This document shows, in pieces, positions 25,010 through 38,112 of a stretch of DNA of 64,000 nucleotides. The DNA comes from Leucoraja ocellata. Its lineage: Eukaryota. Both the position numbers and the translations under genes were made by a program. The stretch is from contig JAWMAR010000424.1 of NCBI GenBank assembly GCA_036785375.1, positions 310,001-374,000 of the forward strand, given 5' to 3'. The notes below the pieces were generated by a model. That model worked only from the letters and a program-made list of their open reading frames with translations. It did not search any database and had not been told where the DNA came from. The number at the start of each line of letters is the position of its first letter. Position 1 is the first letter of the stretch.

Positions 25010-26830
25010 TGTATGCAGGTAGACAAATCCCCAGGGCCTGAGCAGATATATCCACGGACATTGCGGGAAACCAGGGAGGAAATTGTGGGAGCCCTGGTTG
25101 AAATTTACGAGTCTTCTTTAAATACGTGAGAGGTGCCGGTAGACTGGAGGGTGCCTCTATTCAAGAAGGGATGCAGGGAAAATGCTGGGATCTATAGGGC
25201 AGTGAGCTTTACATCTGTAGTTGGAAAGTTACTAGATAATATTCTGAGGGATACAGACATTTAGACAAGGGGTGATTTGGGAAAGTCAGCATGGTTTTGT
25301 ACGTGGGAGATTGTGTCTCACAAATCTGATTGCATTTTTTGAAGATGTGACCAAAAAGGTTGATGAGGGCAGAGCAGTAGATGTTTCATATATGGGCTTC
25401 AGTGAAGCATTCGACAAAGGTTCCGCATAGTAGGCTGCTCTGGAAGGTTAGATCGCATGGGACCCAAGGAGCGATAGCTGAATGGATAGAAAATTGGCTT
25501 AATGGAAGGAAGCAGAGGGTGATGGTGGAAGGTTGCTTCTCAGATTGAAGGCCTGTGACTAGTGGTGTGCCTCAGGGTTCGGTCCTGGACCCGTTACTGT
25601 TTGTCATCTATGTTAATGGTTTGGATAAGAACACACATCGCAAGATTAGCAAGTTTGCGGATGATACAAAAGTGGGGGGTTTTACAGATAGTGGATATGG
25701 TTGTGAAAAATTGCAGCAGGAATTTGATCAATTGTCCAGGTGGGCTGAGGAATGGTTGATGAAATTTAATACAAAGAATTGTGATGTGTTTCATTTTGTT
25801 ATTGCTCGCCAGTGGTGGGGGGGGGGGGGGGATTTCTGTTGCGCTAGTATGGGTGTTGTGGGCCGAAGGTACTGGCTTCCTGAGGGCTAGTATAGACATT
25901 GTGGGCCGAATATATTCTTGGGCTGGCAGCTTAGTCACTGAGGCCTGGCAGTACAGTCACTCGTTCATTTTGTACAATTTCATTTTGTGAACACAGTCAC
26001 TCGTACAAATTCATTTTGTGAACACAAACTTTTAAAAAAGGCGAAGCAAACAATCGAGCAGCAGCCACTTTACAGCCGCATCGAGGGGACTCAACATGGA
26101 GTAGACGTGCGTTCAGTGTTATTCGCAGCTCAGAGAGCCGTAACCCTCGCGCTTCCTGGGTCTGGCAGAGACTGAGTGAGGGACTAAACCTCCGGGTTTT
26201 ATAGTCCCTCCGCCCTCCCCTCTGCCGCCAGCGGGGTCAGCAGAGAGAATGAGGAATTTTAAAAAACCATTAATATCTCTCTGATTTTTCATCAATGGGA
26301 AAAATCCTCTGGTTCCGGAAGGCGGAGGGGGCTCTGAGCGAGGTGGTCAAAAATGTCTCTCGGAAATCGCAGCACAGTGGGCCAAAAGCGGTCAAGATCA
26401 GACTTTTAGTAATATAGATGTGTCAAGCTGGAAAGGGTACAGAGAAGATTTACAAGGATGTTGCCAGGGCTAGATCGTCTGAACTATAGGGAGAGGTTGA
26501 GTTGGCTGAGACTCTATACCTTGGAGTGCAGGAGGATGAGGAGTGATCGTATTGAAGTGTACAAAATCATGAGGAATAGATCTGAGTTGTAACATTTTCA
26601 CACAAAGGATTCTGGTTTATGGAACAAGCTGACAGAGGAGGTAGTTGAGGCAGGGACTATCCCAACATTTAAAAACAGATAGACAGGTACATGGATAGGA
26701 CCGGTCTGGTGGGATATGGAACAAATGTGGGCAGGTGTGACTGGTGTAGCTGGAACATGTTCGCCTATGTGGACAAGTTGGGCCGAAGGGCCTGCTTCCA
26801 CATTGTATCACTCGATGACTCAATGACTCT
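25010..26830 (+). mobile_element. Old CR1 RT fragments interrupted by a Helitron-like element
   Basis: [16 protein letters not shown]; paralog of 49860-51200. Confidence 0.8.
25805..26418 (-). mobile_element. Non-autonomous Helitron-like element, 3' end not seen
   Basis: 5' end A|TCTATATTACTAAAAG; no TSD; absent from paralogous copies. Confidence 0.55.
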
Positions 26831-27953
26831 GCAGTAAAATCACGTGGATGGGTTGTTGCCTTACAGCACCAGTGACCCAGGATCGATTCTGCTAGTGTTG
26901 CTCCTAATTACTTCTTCCAAATCATTAATATATATATGGTAAACAGTTGCGGCCCCAACACCGAGCTTTGCGGCACTCCACTCGCCACTGCCTGCCATTC
27001 TGAAAAGGACCCGTTCACTCCTACTCTTTGCTTCCGGTCTGCAACTAATCTTCTATCCATGTCAACACCCTACCCCCAATACCATGTGCTCTAATTTTAG
27101 CCACCAGTCTCCCATGCGGGATCTTATCAAAGGCTTTCTGAAAGCCTTGGTACACTACATCCACTGGCTCCCCTTCATCCGTTTTGACTTGGACTAATCC
27201 TTTTACTGCTATCCAAATGCCCCATTATTACCTCTTTAATAATTGACTCCAGCATCTTTCCCACCACCGAAGTCAGGCTGAGTCTCTATTCCTTGGAGCG
27301 CAGGAGGATGAGGAGTGATCTCATAGAGGTGTACAAAATCATGATAGGAATAGGTAGATGCACAGAGTCTCTTGCCCAGAATAGGACCAGAGGACATAGG
27401 TTCAAGGTGAAGGGGAAAAGATTTAAGAGGAATCTGAGGGGTAACTTTTTCACACAAAGGGTGGTGGGTGTGTGGAACAAGCTGCCAGAGGAGGTAGTTG
27501 AGGCTTTGACTGTCCCATCATTGAGAAACAGTAAGACAGGTACATGGATAGGACCGGTTTGGGTGATTATGGACCAAGCGCTGGCAGGTGGGACTAGTGT
27601 AGCTGGGACATAATGGCGTGTGTGGGCAAGTTGAGCCGAAGGAACTGTTTCCACACTGTATCACTGAATGACTGTGACTATGACTACATGCTGTGCAGGT
27701 TTTATACACAGTGGGAGGTGGGTGGTGGGTGGCTGGAACGCACTGCCAGGGGTGGTGGTCGAGGCTGATACGAAAGTGGCATTTAAGAGGCTTTTGGATC
27801 GACACAGGTGTATGCTGGGAATGGAGGGATATGGGTTATGTGCAGGTAGCTAATTGATGGTCTTGGCATCATATCCATCACAGACATTGTGGGCTGAAGG
27901 GCCGGTTCCTGTGCTGTACTGTTCTATGTTCAATATTTCAGCAAAATCATTAC

Positions 27954-28043
27954 CTTCCTGTTTTCTTGCACTTTGTTTTTCCTGATTCTCTTTTTCCATT
28001 TTACCTTCATCAAGATTTCTTGTTGCGACATCTGAATCCGGTG
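27954..28043 (-). CDS. 90-nt micro-exon type B
   Basis: gttttaatacAG / G|GTAATG; APDSDVATRNLDEGKMEKENQEKQSARKQE. Confidence 0.75.
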
Positions 28044-28258
28044 CTGTATTAAAACACAGCAAGGTGACAACAACTGAACATGAATGCATGTAGTCCCAAA
28101 CAGAAAATTACACATATTTGAGCATTGACCTGAATATTGTATATAATATTTGCAAGGAATTAATAAATAAAAATCATGCACAGTCTGCAGACAGTGGTTG
28201 GACATCAAATACCATTGAAAGGCCAACAATACTCTGGATGCTTTGAGAAATGCCTGAC

Positions 28259-28348
28259 CTTCACTTGCTCCTGCATTTTGGGTATCCTGCCTCTCTGTCT
28301 CCTGCTCACCTTCATCACAACTCCCTGTGGCAGCATCTGACTTGGGCA
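28259..28348 (-). CDS. 90-nt micro-exon type A
   Basis: tttaaatacAG / G|GTCAGG; VPKSDAATGSCDEGEQETERQDTQNAGASE; a CR1 tail lies about 30 nt upstream of the acceptor. Confidence 0.65.
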
Positions 28349-28375
28349 CTGTATTTAAACAAAATAAGGCATTCA

Positions 28376-31300
28376 ACATATAACATATAACCATATAACA
28401 ATTACAGCACGGAAACAGGCCATCTCGACCCTTCTAGTCCATGCCGAACACATAATCTCCCCTAGTCCCATATACCTGCGCTCAGACCATAACCCTCCAT
28501 TCCCTTCCCATCCATATAACTATCCAATTTATTTTTAAATGATAAAAATGAACCTGCCTCCACCACCTCCACTGGAAGCTCATTCCACACAGCTACCACT
28601 CTCTGAGTAAAGAAGTTCCCCCTCATGTTACCCCTAAACTTCAGTCCCTTAATTCTCATGTCATGTCCCCTTGTTTGAATCTTCCCTACTCTCAATGGGA
28701 AAAGCTTTTCCACGTCAACTCTGTCTATCCCTCTCATCATTTTAAAAATCTCTATCAAGTCCCCCCTTAACCTTCTGCACTCCAAAGAATAAAGCCCTAA
28801 CTTGTTCAACCTTTCTCTGTAACTTAGTTGCTGAAACCCAGGCAACATTCTAGTAAATCTCCTCTGTACTCTCTCTATTTTGTTGACATCCTTCCTATAA
28901 TTAGGCGACCAAAATTGTACACCATACTCCAGAATTGGCCTCACCAATGCCTTGTACAATTTTAACATTACATCCCAACTTCTATACTCAATGCTCTGAT
29001 TTATAAAGGCCAGCACACCAAAAGCTTTCTTTACCACCCTATCTACATGAGATTCCACTTTCAGGGAACTGTGCACAGTTATTGCCAGATCCCTCTGTTC
29101 ACCTACATTCTTCAATTCCCTACCATTTACCATGTACGTCCTATTTTGATTTGTCCTGCCAAGATGTAGCACCTCACACTTATCAGCATTAAACTCCATC
29201 TGCCATCTTTCAGCCCACTCTTCCACTGGCATAAATCTCTCTGTAGACTTTAAACTCTACTTCATTACCCGCAACCCCACCTATCTTAGTATCATCTGCA
29301 TACTTACTAATCCAATTTACCACACCATCATCCAGATCATTGATGTACATGACAAACAACAGTGGACCCAACACAGATCCCTGTGGCACCCCACTCGTCA
29401 CTGGCCTCCAACCTGACAAACAACCATCCACCATTACTCTCTGGCATCTCCCATTCAGCCACTGTTGAATCCATCTTGCTACTCCACCATTAATACCCAA
29501 CCATTGAACCTTCTTAACCAACCTTCCATGAGGAACCTTGTAAAAGGCCTTACTGAAGTCCATATACACAACATCCACTGCGTTACCCTCATCAATTTCC
29601 CGTGTAACATATAACCATATAACCATATAACAATTACAGCACGGAAACAGGCCATCTCGGCCCTACAAGTCCATGCCGAACACATTTTTTTCCCCTTAGT
29701 CCCACCTGCCTGCACTCGTACCATAACCCTCCATTCCCTTCTCATCCATATGCCTATCCAATTTATTTTTAAATGATACCAATGAACCTGCCTCCACCAC
29801 TTCCACTGGGAGCTCATTCCACACCGCCACCACTCTCTGCGTAAAGAAGTTCCCCCTCATATTACCCCTAAACTTCTGTCCCTTAATTCTGAAGTCATGT
29901 CCCCTTGTTTGAATGTTCCCTATTCTCAAAGGGAAAAGCTTACTACATCAACTCTGTCTATCCCTCTCATCATTTTAAAGACCTCTATCAGGTCCCCCCT
30001 TAACCTTCTGCGCTCCAGAGAATAAAGACCTAACTTATTCAACCTATCTCTGTAACTTAGTTGTTGAAACCCAGGCAACATTCTAGTAAATCTCCTCTGT
30101 ACTCTCTCTATTTTGTTGACATCCTTCCTATAATTTGGCGACCAAAATTGTACCCCATACTCCAGATTTGGTCTCACCAATGCCTTGTACAATTTTAACA
30201 TTACATCCCAGCTTCTATACTCAATGCTCTGATTTATAAAGGCTAGCATACCAAAAGCTTTCTTTACCACCCTATCTATATGAGATTCCACCTTCAAGGA
30301 ACTATGCACGGTTATACCCAGATCCCTCTGTTCAACTGTATTCTTCAATTCCCTACCATTTACCATGTACGTCCTATTTTGATTTGTCCTGCCAAGGTGT
30401 AGCACCTCACATTTATCAGCATTAAACTCCATCTGCCATCTTTCAGCCCATTTTTCCAAATGGCCTAAATCACTCTGTAGACTTTGGAAATCCTCTTCAT
30501 TATCCACAACACCCCCTATCTTAGTATCATCTGCATACTTACTAATCCAATTTACCACACCTTCATCCAGATCATTGATGTACATGACAAACAACAAAGG
30601 ACCCAACACAGATCCCTGAGGCACCCCACTAGTCACCTGCCTCCAACCCGATAAACAGCCATCCACCATTACCCTCTGGCTTCTCCCATTCAGCCACTGT
30701 TGAATCCATCTTGCTATTCCTGCATTTATACCCAACAGTTGAACCTTCTTAACCAACCTTCCATGAGGAACCTTGTCAAAGGCCTTACTAAAGTCCATAT
30801 AGACAACATCCACTGCTTTACCCTCGTCAATTTCCCTAGTAACCTCTTCAAAAAATTCAAGAAGATTAGTCAAACATGACCTTCCAGGCACAAATCCATG
30901 TTGACTGTTCCTAATCAGACCCTGTTTATCTAGATGCTTATATATATTGTCTCTAAGTATCTTTTCCATTAATTTGCCCACCACTGAAGTCAAACTAACA
31001 GGTCTATAATTGCTAGGTTTACTCTTAGAACCCTTTTTAAACAATGGAACAACATGCGCAGTACGCCAATCCTCGGGGACTATTCCCGTTTCTAATGACA
31101 TTTGAAATATTTCTGTCATAGCCCCGGCTATTTCTACACTAACTTCCCTCAATGTCCTAGGGAATATCCTGTCAGGACCTGGAGACTTATCCACTTTTAT
31201 ATTTTTCAAAAGTGTCAGTACTTCTTTTACTTTGAACCTCATAGTATCCATAGCTACTCTACTAGTTTCCCTTACCTCACATAATTCAATATCCTTCTCC

Positions 31301-33037
31301 TTGGTGAATACCGAAGAAAAAAAATTGTTCAATATCTCCCCCATCTCTTTTGGCTCTGCAGATAGCTGTCCACTCTGTCTCTCCAATGGACCAATTTTAT
31401 CCCTCGTTATCCTTTTGCTATTAATATAGCTGTAGAAACCCTTTGGATTGACTTTCACCTTACTTGCCAAAGCAACCTCACATCTTCAAAAAATTCAAGA
31501 AGATTAGTTAAACAAGACCTTCCAGGCACAAATCCACGTTGACTGTTCCTAATCAGACCCTGTTTATCCAGATGCTTATATATATTATCTCTAAGTATTC
31601 TTTCCATTAATTTGCCCACCACTGACGTCAAACTAACAGGTCTATAATTGCTAGGTTTACTCTTAGACCCCTTTTTAAACAATGGAACAACATGCGCAGT
31701 ACGCCAATCCTCCGGCACTATTCCCGTTTCTAACGACATTTGAAATATTTCTGCCATAGCCCCTGCTATTTCTACACTAACTTCCCTCAATGTCCTAGGG
31801 AATATCCTGTCCGGACCTGGAGACTTATCCACTTTTATATTTCTCAAAAGTGTCAGTACTTCCTCTTCATTGATCCTCATAGTTTCCATAGCTACTCTAC
31901 TTGTTTCCCTTACCTCACATAATTCAATATCCTTCTCCTTGGTGAATACCGAAGAAAAGAAACTGTTCAATATCTCCCCCATCTCTTTTGGCTCTGCAGA
32001 TAGTTGTCCACTCTGACTCTCTAATGGACCAATTTTATCCCTCGTTATCCTTTTGCTATTAATATAGCGGTAGAAACCCTTCGGATTTACTTTTACCTTA
32101 CTTGCCAAAGCAACCTCATATCTTCTTTTAGCTTTTCTAATTTCTTTCTTAAGATTCTTTTTACATTCTTTATACTCCTCAAGCACCTCATTTACTCCAT
32201 GCTGCCTATAATTATTGTAGATCTCCCTCTTTTTCCGAACAAGATGTCCAATTTCCCTTGAAAACCAGGGCTCTTTACAATTTTTACGATTTCCTTTCAA
32301 CCGAACAGGGACATAAAGATTCTGTACTCTTAAAATTTCACCTTTAAATGTACTCCATTTCTCTTCCACATCTTTCCCATAAAACAAACTGTCCCAATTT
32401 ACTCCTTTTAAATCCTTTCGCATCTCCTCAAAGTTAGCCTTTCTCCAATCAAAAATCTCAACCCTAGGTCCAGTTTTGTCCCTCTCCATAATTATATTGA
32501 AACTAATGGTATTGTGATCACTGGACCCGAACTGTTCCCCAACGCATACCTCTGCCACCTGACCCATCTCATTTCCTAACAGGAGGTCCAGTACCGCCCC
32601 TTCTCTAGTAGGTACTTCTATGTATTGTTGCAAAAAACTATCCTGCACACATTTTACAAACTCCAAACCATCCAGCCCATTTACAGAATGTGTTTCCCAG
32701 TCTATGTGTGGAAAATTGAAATCTCCCACAATCACTACCTTGTGCTTACTACTAATATCTGTAATCTCCTTACATATTTGTTCTTCCAATTCTCGCTCCC
32801 CATTTGGCGGTCTATAATACACCCCTATAAGTGTTGTTATCCCTTTCCCATTTCTCAGTTCCACCCAAATAGCCTCCCTAGACGAGTCCTCTAATCTATC
32901 CTGCCAAAGCACTGCTGTAATATCTTCCCTGATAAGCAATGCAACACCTCCACCTCTTGCCCCTCCAATTCTATCACACCTGAACCAACGAAATCCTGGA
33001 ATATTTAATTTCCAATCACAGCCCTCCTGCAACCATG
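28376..33037 (-). mobile_element. CR1-A LINE with a second CR1-A nested inside
   Basis: ORF 31455-33137 breaks at ..LEFFED and resumes VTREIDEG at about 29605. Confidence 0.92.
29610..31480 (-). mobile_element. Nested CR1-A copy with near-intact RT
   Basis: 514-aa ORF 29926-31470 with its own 3' tail. Confidence 0.92.
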
Positions 33038-33435
33038 CAACTATATCAACATAGTTTAGAGTAGTAGGCTGCTCTGGAAGATTAGATCGCATGGGATCCA
33101 AGAAGAGATAGCTGAATAAAGAGCAAATTGGCTTCATGGAAGAAAGCAGAGAGTGATGGTGGAAGGTTGCTTCTCAGACTGGAGGCCTGTGACTAGTGGA
33201 GTACCTCTGGGTTCGGTGCTGGACCCGTTACTGTTTGTCATCTATATCAATGATTTGGATGAGAACATACACGGCTTTTGACACATTGTCCTTCATCAGC
33301 CAGTGTATTGAGTATAGAAGTTGGGAAGACAAGATGAGGTTGTACAAGCCGTTGGTGAGGCCAAATTTAGAGTATTGTGTTCAGTTCTTGGCACCGTGTT
33401 ATAGGAAAGATGTTGTCAAGCTGGGAAGGGAACAT

Positions 33436-34248
33436 AGAATAGAATAGAATTGAATAGAATAGAATGCGATTTATTGTCATTCATACCTGGGTTTGAACGA
33501 AATTCCATTTCTACCGTTTTTTACATTACAAACACAATCCAAGACCCACACTTAACACAGTTTACATAAACATCCATCACAGTGAGTCTCCAACATCTCC
33601 TCACTGTGATGGAAGGCAAAGTCTTTATCTCTTCTCTTTGTTCCTTCTCCCGTGGTCCAGCAGTCCAACTGCAGTGTCAAGGCAAACTGGGGCTCCGATG
33701 TTAAAGCCCCCGGCGGGCGATGGTAAGTCCTGAGGCCGTTCAAGCCACGCCGCGTTATGTTAGGCCCCGGCTCCATGTCCTTAAACCCGTGATTCCAGCG
33801 GGAGAAGTCCCCGTGGCGGAGCTCGGAAAAGCGGTCTCCCACCTGGGACCTGCGAGCTCCCGATGTTCCCGTCCACCGGGTCTGCGGCCGGTGCCTCCGA
33901 ACTCCAAAAGTCGGGTCGCAGCCGCGCGCCACCACAGCTCTTCCCGCTCCGAAGTTGGCCAGCTCCGCGATGTCAGTTCCGCAGGCTCTGCAACTGGAGC
34001 CCCCAGGTTAGTCCCGGTCGGAGGTCGCCTCCGGCTCCACGATGTTAGGCCCAACGACATCCGAGACCCGACAGGGAATAGTCGGGTCCCCGCACAGGGA
34101 AGAGATTAACTGTTTCCCCCACAGCCCCCCACCCCCCACATATACACAGCTAAAAAAAAAAAAACTGACTCAAAAGACATACATTTAACAAGACAAAAAA
34201 AAAGGCAGACGACTGTAGTCGAGCCGCTGCCGTTAGGCGCAGCCACTC
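33436..34248 (-). mobile_element. GC-rich non-autonomous retroposon
   Basis: Same 3' core as other copies plus (TTCTA)n tail; inserted in an old CR1. Confidence 0.65.
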
Positions 34249-35339
34249 CACATAGAAGATTTACGAAGAAGTTGCCAGGACTAGAGGGTCAGAGCTATAG
34301 GCAGAGGTTGAGTAGGCTGGGACTCCATGTACATAGGTTTAAGGTGAAGGGGAATAGATTTAATAGGAATATGTGGCATAACTTTTTCACACAAAGGATG
34401 GTGGGTGTATGGAACAAGCTGCCAGAGGAGATAGTTGAGGCTGCGACTATCCCAATGTTTGAGAAACTGTTAGAAAGGTACATGGATAGGACAAGTTTGG
34501 AGGGATAGAGACCAAGCACAGGCAGTTGGGACTAGTGTAGCTGGGACATGTTGGCCTGTGTGGGCAGGTTGGGCAGGTTTCCATGCTGTATCACTCTATG
34601 ACTCTATGACTATCCCGTCCCTGCTACAAGACAAATGTTTACTCGACTTCAGAATGAACAATTCTGGGATATTCACACAGGACAAAATGTCTCTCTGTCA
34701 ACCCAGGGAATATAGATTGAAACAATTCAGCAAGTGCGCTTGTGTCTCATGGCAGAAGATCTTATTCTAGTAAAATCACATGGTTTAGCTTCCGGTTTAT
34801 TATTGTCACATGTAGCGAGGTTCAGTGAAAAGCTTTGTTTTGCAGCAATCCAACCAGATCAGGTGTACCAGCCATAAATATAATCAAGTCAAAGGGGAAG
34901 ATGAAGTGCAGAATATAGTTTATAGTTACAGGAAGAAAATAAGATTTAAATGGTCTACACTTGCAGGTGGAAAAAAAGATTTTAAAGGGCAGAGTACACA
35001 AAGAGTAACAACTGAACATGAATATGTGGATTTGCACACAGATAATGTGCCATCTTTGTGAATTTACCTGATATTTTTTAAAATTATAAGAGCCATAGAC
35101 AGTGTAGACAGTCAGAACCTTTTTCCAGGATGCGAGATACAAATACTACAGCTTTAAGATGAGAGGGGCAACGTTTAAAGGAGATATTCAGATGCACAAA
35201 GTCTCTTGCTCAGAGTAGGTGAATCGAGGACCAGGTTTAAGGTGAAGGGGAAAAGATTTAATTGGAATCTGAGGGGTAACTTTGTCACACAAAGGGAGGT
35301 AGGTGTATGGAACAAGAGGAGGTAGTTCAGGCAGGGACT

Positions 35340-36228
35340 AATAGAAACATAGAAACATAGAAAATAGGTGCAGGAGTCGGCCATTCGGCCCTTCGAGCCT
35401 GCACCGACATTCAAAATGATCATGGCTGATCATCCAACTCAGTATCCCGTACCTGCCTTCTCTCCAGCGGCAGCGGAGACCCGACTCGGCCTCTGAGCTG
35501 TGGCGAGGCAGCGACCACCCGCGGAGTTTGAACCGTCGCCTCGGCGCAGAGGGAGAACAAAGAGGGAAGAGCCAGAGACTTTAAGATTTTGCCTTCCACC
35601 ACAGTGAGGAGGTGTTTGGTGAACTCACTGTGGTGGATGTTAAATTTGTGTTGACTATGTGTTTTTGTCATTTTTAAAAATTATATGTATGACTGCAGGG
35701 AAACAAAATTTCGTTCAGACCAAAAGGTCTGAATGACAATAAACGAATCTAATCTAATCTAATCAATACCCCCTGATCCCTTTAGCCACAAGGGCCACAT
35801 CTAACTCCCTCTTAAATATAGCCAATGAACTGGCCTCAACTACCTTCTGTGGCAGAGAGTTCCAGAGATTCAACACTCTCTGTGCGAAAAAAGTTCTTCT
35901 CATCTCGGTCCTAAAGGATTTCCCCTCTATCCTTAAGCTCTGAACCCTTGTCCTGGACTTCTCCAACATCGGGAACAATCTTCCTGCATCTAGCATGTCC
36001 AACCCCTTAATAATTTTGTAAGTTTCTATAAGAACCCCCTCAATCTCCTAAATTCTAGCGAGTACAAGCCGAGTCTATCCGGTCTTTCTTCAAATGAAAG
36101 TCCTGACATCCCAGGAATCAGTCTGGTGAACCTTCTCTGCACTCCCTCTATGGCAATAATGTCCTTCCTCAGATTTGGAGACCAAAACTGTACGCAATAC
36201 TCCAGGTGTGGTCTCACCAAGACCCTGT
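35340..36228 (-). mobile_element. CR1-B 3' fragment with a + strand retroposon tail inserted (35467-35765)
   Basis: ORFs 35763 and 36026; (AATCT)n tail of the insert. Confidence 0.8.
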
Positions 36229-36676
36229 CAACGTTTAATAAACAGTTAGACAGGTAAATGGATGGGACTTGTTTGGAGGATTATGGAACAAATGTGGGCA
36301 GCTGGGACAAGTGTAGCTGGGACATATTGACCGGTGTGGGCAAGTTGGGCCGTAGGGCCTGTTTCCACACTGTATCACTCTATGACTCTGTGACTATGAC
36401 TATGTGCTGGGCAGGTTTTTTACATAGTAGGTGGTGGATGGTGGGTGGTGGGTGGCTGGAACGCGCTGCCAGGGGTGGTGGTCGAGGCTGATACGATAGT
36501 GACCTTTCAAAGGTTTTTGGATAGACACACGGATATGCTGGGAATGGAGGGATATGGGTTATGTGCAGGTAGCTAATTGATGGTCTTGGCATCATGTTCA
36601 GCATAGACATTGTGGGCTGAAGGGCCTGTTCCTGTGCTGTACTGTTCTATGTTCTGTAATTCAGCAAAAGCATTAC

Positions 36677-36766
36677 CTTCCTGTTTTACTGCTCTTTGTT
36701 TTTCCCGATTCTCCTTTTCCCTTTTACCCTCATCGGGACTTCCTGTGGTGACATATGAATCTGGCG
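36677..36766 (-). CDS. 90-nt micro-exon type B
   Basis: gttttaatacAG / G|GTAATG; APDSYVTTGSPDEGKREKENREKQRAVKQE. Confidence 0.75.
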
Positions 36767-36981
36767 CTGTATTAAAACACAGCAAGGTGACAATAACTGA
36801 ACTTGAATACGTGGAGTTCCAAACAGAAAATTCCACATATTTGATTATTGACCTGAATATTGTATATAATATTTGCAAGGATTAACTAAATATAAATCAT
36901 GTACAGTCTACAGACAATGGTTGGACATAAAATGCCAGTGAAAGACCAACAATACTCTGGATGATTTGAGAAATGACTTAC

Positions 36982-37071
36982 CTTCACTTGGTCCTGTATT
37001 TTGGATATCCTGCCTCTCTGTGTTCTGTTCACCTTCATCACAACTCCCTGTGTCAGCATCTGACTTGGGCA
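36982..37071 (-). CDS. 90-nt micro-exon type A
   Basis: tttaaatacAG / G|GTAAGT; VPKSDADTGSCDEGEQNTERQDIQNTGPSE. Confidence 0.75.
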
Positions 37072-37153
37072 CTGTATTTAAAGAAAAATAAAGTCTCTCA
37101 GATGTGATAATAGCAACACAGCCTGAGACAAGGTATGTGAGAAGCTGGATCAC

Positions 37154-37760
37154 ATCCGCACCGCGGTTTCAGACCTTCAGCTGGCCGAAGTGCCTTGCGG
37201 AGCTGTACGCATCATGGTCGTGTGCGATGTCTCCACTGGTCGCGCCCGCCCTATCGTCCCCTGTCAGTTGGAGACGGCGGGTCTTCGACGCCGTTCATGG
37301 CCTGGCTCACCCATCCAATCGGGCGACGTCCGCGCTGGTAGCAGCCAAGTTCGTCTGGCACGGGCTCCGTAAACAGTTGGCTGCCTGGGCCCATGCCTGT
37401 GTATCTTGTCAGACCTCCAAGGTCCAGCGACACAAGCGGCCCCCCGTGCAGGAGTTTGCGCTCCCTGAGGGTAGGTTCCTGCACGTGCATGTCGACCTTG
37501 TAGATCCCTTGCATCAGTCCCGCGGTGCCATGCACCTGCTCACTATCGTGGACCGTTTCACGTGGTGGCCAGAGGCGATCCCACTTTCTGATACCTCCGC
37601 CGCGGCTTGCGCTCGGGCTATAGCGGCCCACTGGGTCACCAGGTTTGGTGCAATCCGACATTTCCACCGACAGGGGGGCCCAGTTCAGCTCTTCCTTCTG
37701 GTCTGCCCTAGCCCAGCTCTACGGTGCCCGGTTACACCATGCGACCGCCTACCACCCGCA
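37154..37760 (+). mobile_element. Gypsy integrase internal fragment (second family)
   Basis: H-GLAH..CVSCQ zinc finger, VHVDLV rve core; no LTR. Confidence 0.85.
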
Positions 37761-38112
37761 TTAAAATAAAAGAAAGTCTCTCAGATGCGATAATGGCAAC
37801 ACAGCCTGAGACAAGGTATATGAGATGCTGGACAAAATGTAGACAAAAATGCTGGGGAAACTCAGTGGGTGGGGCAGCATCTATGGAGCGATGGAGATAG
37901 GCAACGTTTCGGGCGAAACTCATCTTTAGACACCTCAAGGAACTTTATTATTCTTCCCCACAGTGAAGTCTTCATCTGCCAAAGGATCTGTATCTCACTC
38001 CTGCAGAAAAGTTATGCCACAGATTCCTATTCAATCTATTCCCCTTCACCTTAAACCTATGTACGTAGAGTCACAGACTACTCAACCTCTGCCTATAGCT
38101 CTGACCCTCTAC

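Noticed and set aside
29926-33137. Adjacent 560-aa and 514-aa ORFs as one intact active CR1 ORF2
   Set aside because: They overlap in content and come from two nested, 5'-truncated copies.
34600-34745. Unique-looking segment duplicated at 40560-40690 as a possible exon
   Set aside because: The best AG..GT interval is 52 nt (not frame-preserving); treated as duplicated intron.
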